Shown: in pieces, positions 45,872 to 56,789 of the stretch | How positions within the stretch are numbered: the stretch's first letter is position 1 | Layout of the letters: the number at the start of each line of letters is the position of its first letter | Source of the DNA: Escherichia coli | GTDB lineage: Bacteria > Pseudomonadota > Gammaproteobacteria > Enterobacterales > Enterobacteriaceae | Reading direction: 5' to 3' (one strand) | Length of the DNA: 64,000 nt | Assembly (NCBI RefSeq): GCF_051903065.1 | Contig: NZ_CP178438.1 | Translations under genes and position numbers: made by a program | The notes under the pieces: model-generated | The model's database searches: none | Told to the model about the DNA's origin: nothing | What the model saw: only the letters and a program-made list of their open reading frames with translations

Positions 45872-46924
45872 TCAGGCAATAGTAATTTTGCTATCGAGAT
45901 AAACGTCCTGCACGGCGTTAATCAGTTTCACGCCGTCAGCCATCGATTTCTTGAACGCCTTACGTCCAAGAATCAGCCCCATTCCGCCAGCGCGTTTGTT
46001 GATAACCGCAGTACGCACTGCATCGCTGAGGTCAGTTTCACCGCCTGCAGCACCACCGGAGTTTATCAACCCGGCCCGGCCCATATAGCAGTTAGCTAAC
46101 TGATAACGCACCAGATCAATCGGGTTTTCGCTGGTTAACTTGCTGTACACGCGATCGTCGGTATAACCGTAATTAATCGCTTTATAGCCGCCGTTATTTT
46201 CCGCCATTTTTTGTTTGACGATATCTGCACCTATGGTTGCTGCCAGATGGTTCGCCTGACCAGTCAGGTCGGCGGAAACATGGTAATCAACGCCATCTTT
46301 CTTAAAGGCGGAGTTACGCAAATAGGCCCACAGCACTGTCACCATGCCCAGCTCGTGCGCACGTTCAAAAGCCGCAGAAATTTCTTCAATCTGGCGACGT
46401 GACTCTTCCGAGCCAAAATAGATAGTCGCACCAACCGCCACCGCGCCCATGTTGAAGGCCTGCTCCACGCTGGCATACAGCGTTTGATCGTAGGTATTCG
46501 GGTAACTTAGCGTCTCGTTGTGATTAAGTTTGACGAGAAATGGAATGCGATGCGCATAGCGCCGCGATACCGACGCCAGCACGCCGTAAGTTGATGCCAC
46601 ACAGTTACAGCCCGCTTCGATCGCCAGTTCAACAATGTTTTTCGGGTCAAAGTAGAGCGGGTTAGCGGCAAATGAAGCTCCGGCAGAGTGCTCAACGCCC
46701 TGGTCAACGGGCAGAATAGAAAGATATCCTGTGCCAGCCAGACGCCCGGTGTTGTACAACGTCTGCATATTACGTAACACCGCTGGCGGGCGATTATTGT
46801 CAATCATCACGCGGTCTACGTAGTCATGTCCGGGGAGATAAAGCTGGTCAGAAGGAATAGTCATACAACGGTGCTGTAAAAGGTTGTCGGCGTCTTTGCC
46901 AAGCAACTGCGCAATATCTGTCAT
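45872..46924 (-). CDS. fbaB: Fructose-bisphosphate aldolase class I, 350 aa
   Basis: Start taken at [10 protein letters not shown]; DeoC/FbaB-type class I aldolase. Confidence 0.85.
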
Positions 46925-47180
46925 TACTATGCTCCCGTAAATTCCGATTGGATATCGGCTATGGATTGTCCTGGCCCGCCATTTGCGGGCAATCATAATC
47001 CTGGTCGTTACGGGCGAGTTTTTCCATCTTTTGGATGTTTTTTCAGCGTTTTCTGTTGGCTCGATTCATCAGAAAAAATGTTAGCGCGGTCAAGTTTTCA
47101 CCGCAAAGGTATTTAAAAGGTATTATTAAGTGGTATTGTCATCGCGTACCTTACATTACCTGTCATGAAGGAATTAAAAG

Positions 47181-48458
47181 ATGAAAACAACAGCAAAGCT
47201 GTCGTTCATGATGTTTGTTGAATGGTTTATCTGGGGCGCGTGGTTTGTGCCATTGTGGTTGTGGTTAAGTAAAAGCGGTTTTAGTGCCGGAGAAATTGGC
47301 TGGTCGTATGCCTGCACAGCCATTGCGGCGATCCTGTCGCCAATTCTGGTTGGCTCCATCACTGACCGCTTTTTCTCGGCGCAAAAAGTGCTGGCGGTAT
47401 TGATGTTCGCTGGTGCGGTGCTGATGTATTTCGCCGCGCAACAGACCACTTTTGCCGGGTTCTTCCCGTTACTGCTGGCCTACTCGCTAACCTATATGCC
47501 GACCATTGCGCTGACTAACAGCATCGCTTTTGCCAACGTGCCGGATGTTGAGCGTGATTTCCCGCGCATTCGTGTGATGGGCACTATCGGCTGGATTGCC
47601 TCCGGTCTGGCATGTGGTTTCTTGCCGCAAATGCTGGGGTATGCCGATATCTCACCGACTAACATCCCGCTGCTGATTACCGCCGGAAGTTCTGCTCTGC
47701 TCGGTGTGTTTGCGTTTTTCCTGCCCGACACGCCACCAAAAAGCACCGGCAAAATGGACATTAAAGTCATGCTCGGCCTGGATGCGCTGATCCTGCTGCG
47801 CGATAAAAACTTCCTCGTCTTTTTCTTCTGTTCATTCCTGTTTGCGATGCCACTGGCGTTCTATTACATCTTTGCCAACGGTTATCTGACCGAAGTTGGC
47901 ATGAAAAACGCCACCGGCTGGATGACGCTCGGCCAGTTCTCTGAAATATTCTTTATGCTGGCATTGCCGTTTTTCACTAAACGCTTTGGTATCAAAAAGG
48001 TATTATTGCTTGGTCTGATCACCGCTGCGATCCGCTATGGCTTCTTTATTTACGGTAGTGCGGATGAATATTTCACCTACGCGTTACTGTTCCTCGGTAT
48101 TTTGCTTCACGGCGTAAGTTACGATTTTTACTACGTTACCGCTTACATCTATGTCGATAAAAAAGCCCCCGTGCATATGCGTACCGCCGCGCAGGGGCTG
48201 ATCACGCTCTGCTGCCAGGGCTTCGGCAGTTTGCTCGGCTATCGTCTTGGCGGTGTGATGATGGAAAAGATGTTCGCTTATCAGGAACCGGTAAACGGAC
48301 TGACTTTCAACTGGTCCGGGATGTGGACTTTCGGCGCGGTGATGATTGCCATTATCGCCGTGCTTTTCATGATTTTTTTCCGCGAATCCGACAACGAAAT
48401 TACGGCTATCAAGGTCGATGATCGCGATATTGCGTTGACACAAGGGGAAGTTAAATGA
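47181..48458 (+). CDS. yegT: MFS nucleoside transporter (NupG/XapB family) YegT, 425 aa
   Basis: 12-TM MFS protein, first gene of a yegT-yegU-yegV operon with overlapping stops and starts. Confidence 0.8.
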   Translation: MKTTAKLSFMMFVEWFIWGAWFVPLWLWLSKSGFSAGEIGWSYACTAIAAILSPILVGSITDRFFSAQKVLAVLMFAGAVLMYFAAQQTTFAGFFPLLLAYSLTYMPTIALTNSIAFANVPDVERDFPRIRVMGTIGWIASGLACGFLPQMLGYADISPTNIPLLITAGSSALLGVFAFFLPDTPPKSTGKMDIKVMLGLDALILLRDKNFLVFFFCSFLFAMPLAFYYIFANGYLTEVGMKNATGWMTLGQFSEIFFMLALPFFTKRFGIKKVLLLGLITAAIRYGFFIYGSADEYFTYALLFLGILLHGVSYDFYYVTAYIYVDKKAPVHMRTAAQGLITLCCQGFGSLLGYRLGGVMMEKMFAYQEPVNGLTFNWSGMWTFGAVMIAIIAVLFMIFFRESDNEITAIKVDDRDIALTQGEVK

Positions 48459-49459
48459 AAACAGAACGTATTCTCGGTGCTCTTTATGGGCAGGCGTTAG
48501 GGGATGCGATGGGGATGCCCTCCGAGCTTTGGCCACGCAGCCGCGTTAAAGCACACTTTGGCTGGATTGACCGTTTTCTGCCTGGACCAAAGGAGAATAA
48601 CGCGGCCTGTTATTTTAACCGCGCCGAATTCACCGACGATACCTCGATGGCGCTGTGTCTGGCGGATGCGTTGCTGGAACGTAAAGGCAAGATCGATCCG
48701 GATCTGATTGGGCGTAATATTCTCGACTGGGCGCTGCGTTTCGACGCCTTTAATAAAAACGTACTAGGTCCGACCTCGAAGATTGCGCTTAACGCCATTC
48801 GCGACGGTAAACCCGTTGCTGAACTGGAAAACAATGGCGTGACAAACGGCGCAGCGATGCGCGTCTCGCCATTAGGTTGTTTGCTTCCGACGCACGATGT
48901 TGATTCCTTTATTGATGATGTGGCGCTGGCGTCCAGCCCGACCCATAAATCCGATCTGGCGGTTGCAGGCGCGGTAGTCATCGCATGGGCGATTTCTCGT
49001 GCCATTGACGGAGAAAGCTGGTCAGCGATTGTTGATTCACTGCCTTCAATTGCCCGACATGCCCAGCAAAAACGCATCACTACCTTCAGCGCCTCACTGG
49101 CGGCACGGCTGGAGATTGCGCTGAAAATTGTGCGCAATGCCGACGGCACCGAATCCGCCAGCGAACAGCTTTACCAGGTCGTTGGCGCAGGTACCAGCAC
49201 TATTGAGTCCGTTCCGTGCGCCATTGCGCTGGTTGAACTGGCACAAACCGACCCGAATCGCTGCGCCGTCCTGTGCGCTAACCTTGGCGGCGACACAGAC
49301 ACCATCGGCGCTATGGCAACGGCGATTTGCGGCGCGTTGCATGGCGTTAACGCTATCGATCCTGCATTAAAGGCGGAACTGGATGCGGTAAATCAGCTTG
49401 ATTTCAACCGCTATGCCACAGCGCTGGCGAAATATCGTCAACAACGGGAGGCGGTATGA
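48455..49459 (+). CDS. yegU: ADP-ribosylglycohydrolase-family protein YegU, 334 aa
   Basis: 334-aa ORF; ARH-family resemblance from translation. Confidence 0.75.
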   Translation: MKTERILGALYGQALGDAMGMPSELWPRSRVKAHFGWIDRFLPGPKENNAACYFNRAEFTDDTSMALCLADALLERKGKIDPDLIGRNILDWALRFDAFNKNVLGPTSKIALNAIRDGKPVAELENNGVTNGAAMRVSPLGCLLPTHDVDSFIDDVALASSPTHKSDLAVAGAVVIAWAISRAIDGESWSAIVDSLPSIARHAQQKRITTFSASLAARLEIALKIVRNADGTESASEQLYQVVGAGTSTIESVPCAIALVELAQTDPNRCAVLCANLGGDTDTIGAMATAICGALHGVNAIDPALKAELDAVNQLDFNRYATALAKYRQQREAV

Positions 49460-50421
49460 GCGGCGCTCGATTACACACGCTGCTGCCTGAATTAACCTCG
49501 CGTCAGCCGGTGATGGTCGTCGGCGCGGCGGTCATTGATGTGATCGCCGACGCTTATGCCCTCCCCTGGCGTGGGTGCGATATCGAACTGAAACAGCAGA
49601 GCGTTAACGTTGGCGGCTGCGCACTGAATATTGCCGTGGCGTTAAAGCGCCTCGGCATCGAAGCGGGTAATGCCTTGCCGCTCGGTCAGGGCGTGTGGGC
49701 GGAGATTATTCGCAACCGGATGGCAAAAGAGGGCTTAATCAGCCTGATCGATAACGCCGAAGGTGATAACGGCTGGTGTCTGGCGCTGGTTGAGCCGGAT
49801 GGCGAACGCACTTTTATGTCATTCAGCGGTGTGGAAAATCAGTGGAATCGCCAGTGGCTGGCGCGATTAACCGTTGCGCCTGGCAGCCTGCTCTATTTTT
49901 CCGGTTATCAACTGGCCTCGCCCTGCGGCGAATTATTAGTGGAATGGCTGGAAAAGCTGCAAGACGTGACGCCGTTTATCGATTTTGGCCCACGTATTGG
50001 CGATATCCCGGATGCATTACTGGCGCGGATCATGGCCTGTCGACCTTTAGTGTCACTCAATCGTCAAGAGGCTGAGATTGCCGCCGAACGTTTTGCTTTA
50101 TCCGCAGAGATAACAACACTTGGCAAGCAATGGCAGGAGAAATTTGCCACGCCGTTGATCATTCGTCTCGATAAAGAGGGCGCATGGTATTTCAGCAACG
50201 ACGCTTCTGGCTGCATTCCGGCATTTCCCACGCAAGTTGTCGACACCATTGGGGCGGGCGACAGTCATGCAGGTGGCGTACTTGCCGGGCTGGCCTCTGG
50301 TCTGCCACTGGCGGATGCCGTATTACTGGGCAATGCAGTGGCGTCGTGGGTTGTCGGGCATCGCGGCGGTGATTGTGCGCCAACGCGCGAGGAACTACTC
50401 CTCGCACACAAAAACGTATAG
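49456..50421 (+). CDS. yegV: PfkB-family sugar/nucleoside kinase YegV, 321 aa
   Basis: C-terminal PfkB signature DTIGAGDSHAGG. Confidence 0.8.
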   Translation: MSGARLHTLLPELTSRQPVMVVGAAVIDVIADAYALPWRGCDIELKQQSVNVGGCALNIAVALKRLGIEAGNALPLGQGVWAEIIRNRMAKEGLISLIDNAEGDNGWCLALVEPDGERTFMSFSGVENQWNRQWLARLTVAPGSLLYFSGYQLASPCGELLVEWLEKLQDVTPFIDFGPRIGDIPDALLARIMACRPLVSLNRQEAEIAAERFALSAEITTLGKQWQEKFATPLIIRLDKEGAWYFSNDASGCIPAFPTQVVDTIGAGDSHAGGVLAGLASGLPLADAVLLGNAVASWVVGHRGGDCAPTREELLLAHKNV

Positions 50422-51141
50422 ATCGCTGCGACAGTGGCTGATGCTGTATTCAATAGGCCGTTGCTGTTGGTCAAGCGCCACTTGCTTGATCACCAGCACC
50501 GGTATTTTGCTATCTAACTGAATATGTGACTGAAACTCGGCATCTGGCATCCGGGCGCTAACGCGGGAACGTGTACGTTGTGGGTAAATGTGCTGGCTGC
50601 GGAAATAGTCATAAAGAGAAATTCCGATGGCATCAACATCATGAATTAAATGCGCCGGAACCCACGATTCCTCAATCGATACCGCTTCTTCATCGACATA
50701 GCGAATACGCTTAAGCAAAAAGACATCACTTCCCGCTTCGACCGCAAGCTGCTGCGCGACTTCTTCGGGACATTTCACGACACGCTTGTTAACCCATAGC
50801 GTATCGGGCTTTTTCCCGCGCAATACCACCTGCTGAGAAAAACCTCGCGCTTCTTTCAACGAGTATTCGAAGATGTTGTTGATCTGCGTGCCGTAACCAC
50901 GCGAACGCGTCACCACGCCCTCTTCTTCCAGCGCCTGCATCGCCTTGCGCACCGTAATGCGCGAAACGCCGGTTAACTGACTTAAATCACGCTCACCGGG
51001 CAAAATATTGCCATGCTCCAGCACCCCGCTGCGCACGGCATTTTTTACCGTTTCGGCAAACTTAATATAAAGCGGCGTGTTATCCGCCGCTAAAATACGC
51101 TCGTTCAGTTGGGCAATCAGCTGGGTATGCGCTTGTTCCAT
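50395..51141 (-). CDS. yegW: GntR-family (HutC-like) transcriptional regulator YegW, 248 aa
   Basis: N-terminal GntR winged HTH (SGVLEHGNILPGERDLSQLTGVSRITVRKA) plus UTRA-like effector domain; convergent with yegV. Confidence 0.8.
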   Translation of the reverse strand: MEQAHTQLIAQLNERILAADNTPLYIKFAETVKNAVRSGVLEHGNILPGERDLSQLTGVSRITVRKAMQALEEEGVVTRSRGYGTQINNIFEYSLKEARGFSQQVVLRGKKPDTLWVNKRVVKCPEEVAQQLAVEAGSDVFLLKRIRYVDEEAVSIEESWVPAHLIHDVDAIGISLYDYFRSQHIYPQRTRSRVSARMPDAEFQSHIQLDSKIPVLVIKQVALDQQQRPIEYSISHCRSDLYVFVCEE

Positions 51142-51192
51142 TTGTCTTTTTCCTGCCAGGGAGTCTGGTGGGAGTATATCACTGCTTCTTAT

Positions 51193-52020
51193 TTAAGGCG
51201 TTTCTTTAATCCCATCAACGAATGCCTGCAACTCCTCCACCGTGCCATTAAATACATTAAAATCCACCGGACCATTGATGCCATCTACCTGTCCACGGTC
51301 GGAATGCTGCCAGAAACGCCAGGCCATGCCGTCATTGTCCGGACGACGTTGATAGTAGTGAGCCACCCACCACGGATATTCATTGAAATAGCCCGCCAGA
51401 TTGGTGTGATAAAAAACGGCTCCTGAGTAAATAATCGGCTTTTTTCCCGTACTTTTTTCGACCATTTTTAGCCACTGACTTACCCGCTTGCGTAATTCTT
51501 TTGCCGATAATTTTCCCCGTTCCTCTACGTCCAGCACGGCAGGGAAATCGCCTTGTGAGAAATCCACCGTTTGCAGAAATAATCGCGCCTGAACAAGCGC
51601 TGCTACCGACGGGGAGAAATAATGATACGCCCCGCGCAGCAGGCCATTTTCGCGGCTTAGTTGCCAGTTACGCGAAAAATAGGGGTCCACCAGCTTTTCG
51701 CCTTCCGTCGCCTTGATAAAGGCAAATTGTAAGCGGATACCGTTATCGCGCATTTTTGCCACCCGCTGCCAGTCGATCCGCTCCTGCCAGCGCGAAACAT
51801 CTATTCCGTGAATGGTGTAACTGGCAGGAATACGAATAGCGAAAGATTTAACCGGGCGATAACCGTAGAAGTGGATGTAGTCTGTAATCTGAACTGCTGT
51901 CGAATAGAAAAAATTCACCGTCTGACGCGGATAAATTGCAACGATGGAAATTAGCCCAAGAGCGCATAATAGAGCGGTGAGTTTTTTTCGACTGGTAATT
52001 CTTAGCTGCATTGGTTTCAT
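51193..52020 (-). CDS. yegX: Glycoside hydrolase family 25 (lysozyme-like) protein YegX, ~272-275 aa
   Basis: N-terminal signal-anchor; GH25-like motif (GIDVSRWQ). Alternative start MQLRITS at 52011. Confidence 0.75.
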   Translation of the reverse strand: MKPMQLRITSRKKLTALLCALGLISIVAIYPRQTVNFFYSTAVQITDYIHFYGYRPVKSFAIRIPASYTIHGIDVSRWQERIDWQRVAKMRDNGIRLQFAFIKATEGEKLVDPYFSRNWQLSRENGLLRGAYHYFSPSVAALVQARLFLQTVDFSQGDFPAVLDVEERGKLSAKELRKRVSQWLKMVEKSTGKKPIIYSGAVFYHTNLAGYFNEYPWWVAHYYQRRPDNDGMAWRFWQHSDRGQVDGINGPVDFNVFNGTVEELQAFVDGIKETP

Positions 52021-52075
52021 CCCTGAATGTCAGTGCCAAAGGCTGACAATAACCAAAGCAGCTATAGTACGGTGC

Positions 52076-52876
52076 TCACCACCAGGCGTGGAAGTGGTGA
52101 ACCGGACCAATACCGTGACCAACTTCCAGCGTGTCGGCCTGTGCTAACGCCGATGAAAGCCAGCTTTTTGCCTCCTGTACGGTGTCAGCCCAGTTTGTAT
52201 GGCGCGGGCGTAGTGCAGCCAACGCCGCAGAGAGCGTACAACCAGTGCCGTGGGTGTTTTTGGTCATAATGCGCGGTGCAGTAAATCGTTGTTCTCCCTC
52301 ACGAGTAAACAGCCAGTCCGGGCTTTGCTCATCATCCAGATGACCACCTTTCATTAGCACTGCGCCACAGCCCATCGCCAACAGCGATCGCCCTTGTTCC
52401 AGCATTTCCTGTTCGGTGCGCACGTGTGGCGCGTCGAGCAAGGCGGCTGCTTCGGGCAAGTTTGGCGTTATTAATGAAACCTGTGGCAATAATCGACTGC
52501 GTAGCGTGGCAACTGCCGAAGGTGAAAGCAGTGGGTCGCCGCTTTTTGCCAGCATAACGGTGTCGAGTACCACGTTTTGGATCTGATAACGTTGCAACCG
52601 TTCTGCCACCGCTTCAACAATATCGGTTTCCGCCAACATACCGATTTTAGTGGTATCGATTCGCACATCGCTGAACACCGAATCGAGCTGGGCGGCGACA
52701 AAATCAGGCTCAATGCGATACACCGACTGTACGCCACGGGTATTTTGCGCCACCAGTGCAGTAATAACTGAGCAACCATAAGCGCCAAGTGCCGAGAAGG
52801 TTTTAAGATCGGCCTGAATCCCCGCACCACCACTCGGATCAGTACCGGCAATCGTCAGAGCGTTAATTCGTTTCAT
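52076..52876 (-). CDS. thiD: Hydroxymethylpyrimidine/phosphomethylpyrimidine kinase, 266 aa
   Basis: PfkB-type kinase with GTGC motif; overlaps the thiM stop. Confidence 0.9.
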   Translation of the reverse strand: MKRINALTIAGTDPSGGAGIQADLKTFSALGAYGCSVITALVAQNTRGVQSVYRIEPDFVAAQLDSVFSDVRIDTTKIGMLAETDIVEAVAERLQRYQIQNVVLDTVMLAKSGDPLLSPSAVATLRSRLLPQVSLITPNLPEAAALLDAPHVRTEQEMLEQGRSLLAMGCGAVLMKGGHLDDEQSPDWLFTREGEQRFTAPRIMTKNTHGTGCTLSAALAALRPRHTNWADTVQEAKSWLSSALAQADTLEVGHGIGPVHHFHAWW

Positions 52877-53661
52877 GCCTGCACCTCCTGCGTCAATTGC
52901 CAGAGCGCATCAAGGAAATGTGGAACAAAACTGCCTGGCCCCTCGCTTCTGGCGACTGCGCGTTCTCCGGCTTGTTTCATCCAGTGACAGGCAGATGCGA
53001 CATTTTCCAGCATATCGCCTGGTAACGCACAGCAGGCAGCGATAACTGCCGATAATGCACAGCCAGTTCCTACCACTTTGGCCATTAACGGATCGCCGCC
53101 GTGAATGCCAACGGTGCGACGACCATCGGTAACATAATCCACCTCGCCAGTGACCACGACGATTGCGCCAGTTTCCCGTGCCAGTGTTTGTGCAGCGGGT
53201 ATCGCGTTAGCTGCGGCGTCAGTGGTATCCACTCCCCGTCCACAATTAGCAACGCCAGCTAATGCCATGATTTCCGAAGCATTACCACGTATCGCTGCCG
53301 GTTTAAAAGATAAAAGTTCATGACAAAAATGGCGGCGATAATCGAGCGCACCAATCGCTACTGGATCAAGCGTCCAGGGGGTTTGAGAGCTTTTTGCTTG
53401 CTCAACGGCGGCACGCATCGCCTGTGCGCGTGGCTGCGTCAGCGTGCCAACGTTAATCAACAAGGCACTGGCGATAGCCGCAAACTGACTGGCCTCTTCG
53501 GTTTCGATAACCATCGCTGGCGATGCACCGAGCGCCAGCAAGGTATTGGCAGTAAAGGTTTGCACCACATCGTTGGTCATGCAGTGTACAAGAGGGGAAT
53601 GTTGGTGAAAAAGGTGTAACGTGTGCGCAGATTGCGCGGAACTCAGCAGGTCGACTTGCAT
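52873..53661 (-). CDS. thiM: Hydroxyethylthiazole kinase, 262 aa
   Basis: 262-aa ORF directly downstream of a TPP riboswitch. Confidence 0.9.
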   Translation of the reverse strand: MQVDLLSSAQSAHTLHLFHQHSPLVHCMTNDVVQTFTANTLLALGASPAMVIETEEASQFAAIASALLINVGTLTQPRAQAMRAAVEQAKSSQTPWTLDPVAIGALDYRRHFCHELLSFKPAAIRGNASEIMALAGVANCGRGVDTTDAAANAIPAAQTLARETGAIVVVTGEVDYVTDGRRTVGIHGGDPLMAKVVGTGCALSAVIAACCALPGDMLENVASACHWMKQAGERAVARSEGPGSFVPHFLDALWQLTQEVQA

Positions 53662-53800
53662 AGTTTGCTCCTGCCATAACGTGAAGAAGCAATGACCTGG
53701 TGGTCCGTGACTTCCCTACGCTGGCATTATCCAGATCAGGTGATACGGGTATTTCTCAGCCTTCACGCAGAAGGGCACCCCGAGTCGTTTGGTTGCGATG
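53662..53800 (-). promoter_or_regulatory. TPP (thi-box) riboswitch in the thiM leader
   Basis: Minus-strand sequence ...GGGGTGCCCTTCTGCGTGAAGGCTGAGAAATACCCGTATCACCTGATCTGGATAATGCCAGCGTAGGGAAGTCACGGACCACCAGGTCATTGC... matches the thiM TPP aptamer as I recall it. Confidence 0.85.
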
Positions 53801-53883
53801 ATAAATCGCAGAGGAAGATGGTAATGTCCAGCGCACGCGTTGTAAACGAGGAAAAACCGCAGTTTTACAATCGCGTTAATAAA

Positions 53884-54156
53884 TTATTTGATATAAGAAT
53901 CCAGCACCTTCAGAACGACATCCAGATCTTCTTCACGCTTTAGTTCATCGCCCTGGTGAACAATGTGTTCTGTCAGATGACCTTTAATCACTTCCCGCAT
54001 CAGGCCGTTTACCGCGCCACGGATAGCAGCAATCTGTTGTAAAACTGCAGCGCATTCGTGCGGCTCGTCGAGCATTTTCTTGAGCGCCACGACCTGGCCC
54101 TGAATCTTACTGGCACGCGCTTTCAGTTTCTGTTTATCACGGATTGTATGAGACAT
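53884..54156 (-). CDS. rcnR: Ni/Co-responsive repressor RcnR (CsoR/RcnR family), 90 aa
   Basis: 90-aa all-helical ORF divergent from rcnA. Confidence 0.85.
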
Positions 54157-54204
54157 GGCAACACCTGGTTAACAAGAATATGAAAAATCATAGCACTATT
54201 AATC

Positions 54205-54239
54205 TACTGGGGGGTAGTATCAGGTACTGGGGGGGAGTA
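54205..54239. promoter_or_regulatory. Two RcnR operator sites (TACT-G6-N-AGTA)
   Basis: TACTGGGGGGTAGTA (54205-54219) and TACTGGGGGGGAGTA (54225-54239) in the rcnR-rcnA intergenic region. Confidence 0.7.
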
Positions 54240-54276
54240 GAATAAGATTGCCGAATTAATACTAAGAATTATTATC

Positions 54277-55101
54277 ATGACCGAATTTACAACTCTTCTT
54301 CAGCAAGGAAACGCCTGGTTCTTCATCCCCAGCGCCATCTTACTTGGTGCGCTTCATGGCCTGGAACCAGGGCACTCAAAAACGATGATGGCGGCGTTTA
54401 TCATCGCCATCAAAGGCACCATTAAACAGGCGGTGATGCTCGGACTGGCAGCAACCATTTCACATACTGCGGTGGTCTGGTTGATTGCCTTTGGCGGGAT
54501 GGTGATCAGCAAGCGCTTTACTGCTCAATCAGCAGAACCGTGGCTCCAGCTGATTTCCGCAGTGATCATTATTAGCACCGCGTTCTGGATGTTCTGGCGT
54601 ACCTGGCGCGGCGAACGCAACTGGCTGGAGAATATGCACGAGCATGATCATGAGCATCATCACCACGATCACGAAGATCACCAAGACCATGGACATCATC
54701 ACCATCACGAACATGGCGAGTATCAGGATGCCCATGCACGAGCCCATGCCAATGACATTAAACGACGCTTTGATGGTAGAGAGGTCACCAACTGGCAAAT
54801 TTTGCTATTTGGCTTAACCGGTGGCCTTATCCCCTGCCCGGCAGCAATTACCGTGCTGTTGATTTGCATTCAGTTGAAAGCCCTGACACTGGGCGCAACA
54901 CTGGTCGTCAGTTTCAGCATTGGCCTGGCGTTAACGCTGGTCACCGTAGGCGTTGGCGCAGCAATCAGCGTTCAGCAGGTCGCAAAACGCTGGAGCGGAT
55001 TTAACACTCTCGCTAAACGCGCCCCCTATTTTTCCAGTCTGTTGATTGGCTTAGTCGGTGTGTATATGGGCGTACATGGATTCATGGGCATAATGCGATA
55101 A
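54277..55101 (+). CDS. rcnA: Ni/Co efflux permease RcnA, 274 aa
   Basis: Membrane protein with a His-rich cytoplasmic loop (HEHDHEHHHHDHEDHQDHGHHHHHEHGE). Confidence 0.9.
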   Translation: MTEFTTLLQQGNAWFFIPSAILLGALHGLEPGHSKTMMAAFIIAIKGTIKQAVMLGLAATISHTAVVWLIAFGGMVISKRFTAQSAEPWLQLISAVIIISTAFWMFWRTWRGERNWLENMHEHDHEHHHHDHEDHQDHGHHHHHEHGEYQDAHARAHANDIKRRFDGREVTNWQILLFGLTGGLIPCPAAITVLLICIQLKALTLGATLVVSFSIGLALTLVTVGVGAAISVQQVAKRWSGFNTLAKRAPYFSSLLIGLVGVYMGVHGFMGIMR

Positions 55102-55319
55102 CTCAATCCTTTAGGCTTGCATGTTATCTTCAGCCCAGGATGATTCTTAAATCAGCTATTTCCGCTGACTCTCTGCTCGATAAGGATGCTTTTAGGGCAT
55201 CCTTTCATTTACACTTTTTACGAAATCATGGGATCACTAACAAAATATCGCTTGTCAGTTATATTGTATGGCATGAAAGATATGCGACTGATATTACAGA
55301 TCCCCAAAGTGGAGAATTT

Positions 55320-55658
55320 ATGACCATTAAATATAAGATGTTGCTGGGTGCGCTTTTGCTGGTTACCAGTGCCGCCTGGGCCGCACCAGCCACCGCGGGT
55401 TCGACCAATACCTCGGGAATTTCTAAGTATGAGTTAAGCAGTTTCATTGCTGACTTTAAGCATTTCAAACCAGGGGACACCGTACCAGAAATGTACCGTA
55501 CCGATGAGTACAACATTAAGCAGTGGCAGTTGCGTAACCTGCCCGCACCTGACGCCGGAACCCACTGGACCTATATGGGTGGCGCGTACGTGTTGATCAG
55601 CGACACCGACGGTAAAATCATTAAAGCCTACGACGGTGAGATTTTTTATCATCGCTAA
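55320..55658 (+). CDS. rcnB: Periplasmic RcnB (YohN), 112 aa
   Basis: Start taken at MTIKYKMLLGALLLVTSAAWA (signal peptide); track ORF extends 60 codons upstream. Confidence 0.8.
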   Translation: MTIKYKMLLGALLLVTSAAWAAPATAGSTNTSGISKYELSSFIADFKHFKPGDTVPEMYRTDEYNIKQWQLRNLPAPDAGTHWTYMGGAYVLISDTDGKIIKAYDGEIFYHR

Positions 55659-55660
55659 AA

Positions 55661-55690
55661 AAAGCCCCCTCATCATGAGGGGGAAATGCA
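55661..55690 (-). terminator. Rho-independent terminator between convergent rcnB and yehA (clearest for yehA)
   Basis: GCCCCCTCA-TCA-TGAGGGGG hairpin; on the minus strand it is followed by CTTTTTTTAG. Confidence 0.55.
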
Positions 55691-55739
55691 GACACCTTGT
55701 TATTTTTTATTATTAGCCACTTGCTCGTCTTGCTTGTTA

Positions 55740-56774
55740 TTAGTCGTATTTCACGTTGATTAGTGCGGTTGCCTCCAGTGCGCCAGATTTAACTTTGTTT
55801 GTATCGTAGACGTAGTAACTGGCTGTTATCGGAATTGAAACCGTTGTATCTGTAAGTTTTAACTTTGCCGCAATTTCTTTTAAATTTGTGTATCCTTTAC
55901 TGCTGTTAGTGATATTTAAAAGTGTGACTGGCGAACCATTACTTTCAAGAATAAATCCTACGCCATTATCTTCCGCACCTTTCAGTATTGTGTTGCTGTT
56001 GGTTAACAAGTCAGAACTTGATAAATACACCTGCATTTTCCGTGATGTTTGATTTTGTTGACCTAATAAATTTTTACAACGCAGAATAATATCCCCTTTT
56101 TTACTATTTACTGTTGCTTTGTTACCTGTGGCTGGTAATTGTGAAACGGGAATACTCTCTAAAGTAATTAATAAATCGTCCGGTTTGCAGGTTGTGGTTA
56201 TCGGGTTGTATGACAATGTCAGATTAAAGGAATAGACACCTGCATTTTGTGCCAATGCATTTCTGTAGCTATTTACACATGCATCCCATGACTTGCCACC
56301 TAATAAACACAGTAGAAATTGTACTGCGGCACTCCCGCGTGTCGATGATGAAGCACTGGATAATGTCGCAACACCATTAATCATCACTGAACCGCCGCCC
56401 CCCGCAGAAACATTCACTTTTGCATTACTGGCCGCAGGTGTCACCGTTACCGAATAACCACTGGTGAAACTGGTCTGATTATTTGACAACGTGATGTTAT
56501 TTTTATTGGTCCATTCAAAATGTAAATTTAATTTAATAGTATCGTTATAAAGTCCAACAATAATATCCGACGGGCTCATAGGGGTGATAGTATTTGTACT
56601 TACGCATGACGAATCATTAAAATTATGCTCATAGGTCGCCATTTGTGTTTGAGTAAGTGCAAAATCCCCCTGAACAACCAAATTGTGCTGAACAGATAAC
56701 TCACTATAACATGCTGCATAGCTCACTGGCATAACCATCATCATTAATATAAATAGCATTATGCGAATTTTCAT
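55740..56774 (-). CDS. yehA: Chaperone-usher fimbrial tip adhesin-like protein YehA, 344 aa
   Basis: 344-aa secreted protein, last gene of the yehDCBA cluster. Confidence 0.8.
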   Translation of the reverse strand: MKIRIMLFILMMMVMPVSYAACYSELSVQHNLVVQGDFALTQTQMATYEHNFNDSSCVSTNTITPMSPSDIIVGLYNDTIKLNLHFEWTNKNNITLSNNQTSFTSGYSVTVTPAASNAKVNVSAGGGGSVMINGVATLSSASSSTRGSAAVQFLLCLLGGKSWDACVNSYRNALAQNAGVYSFNLTLSYNPITTTCKPDDLLITLESIPVSQLPATGNKATVNSKKGDIILRCKNLLGQQNQTSRKMQVYLSSSDLLTNSNTILKGAEDNGVGFILESNGSPVTLLNITNSSKGYTNLKEIAAKLKLTDTTVSIPITASYYVYDTNKVKSGALEATALINVKYD

Positions 56775-56789
56775 AGAACCACCTGACTA

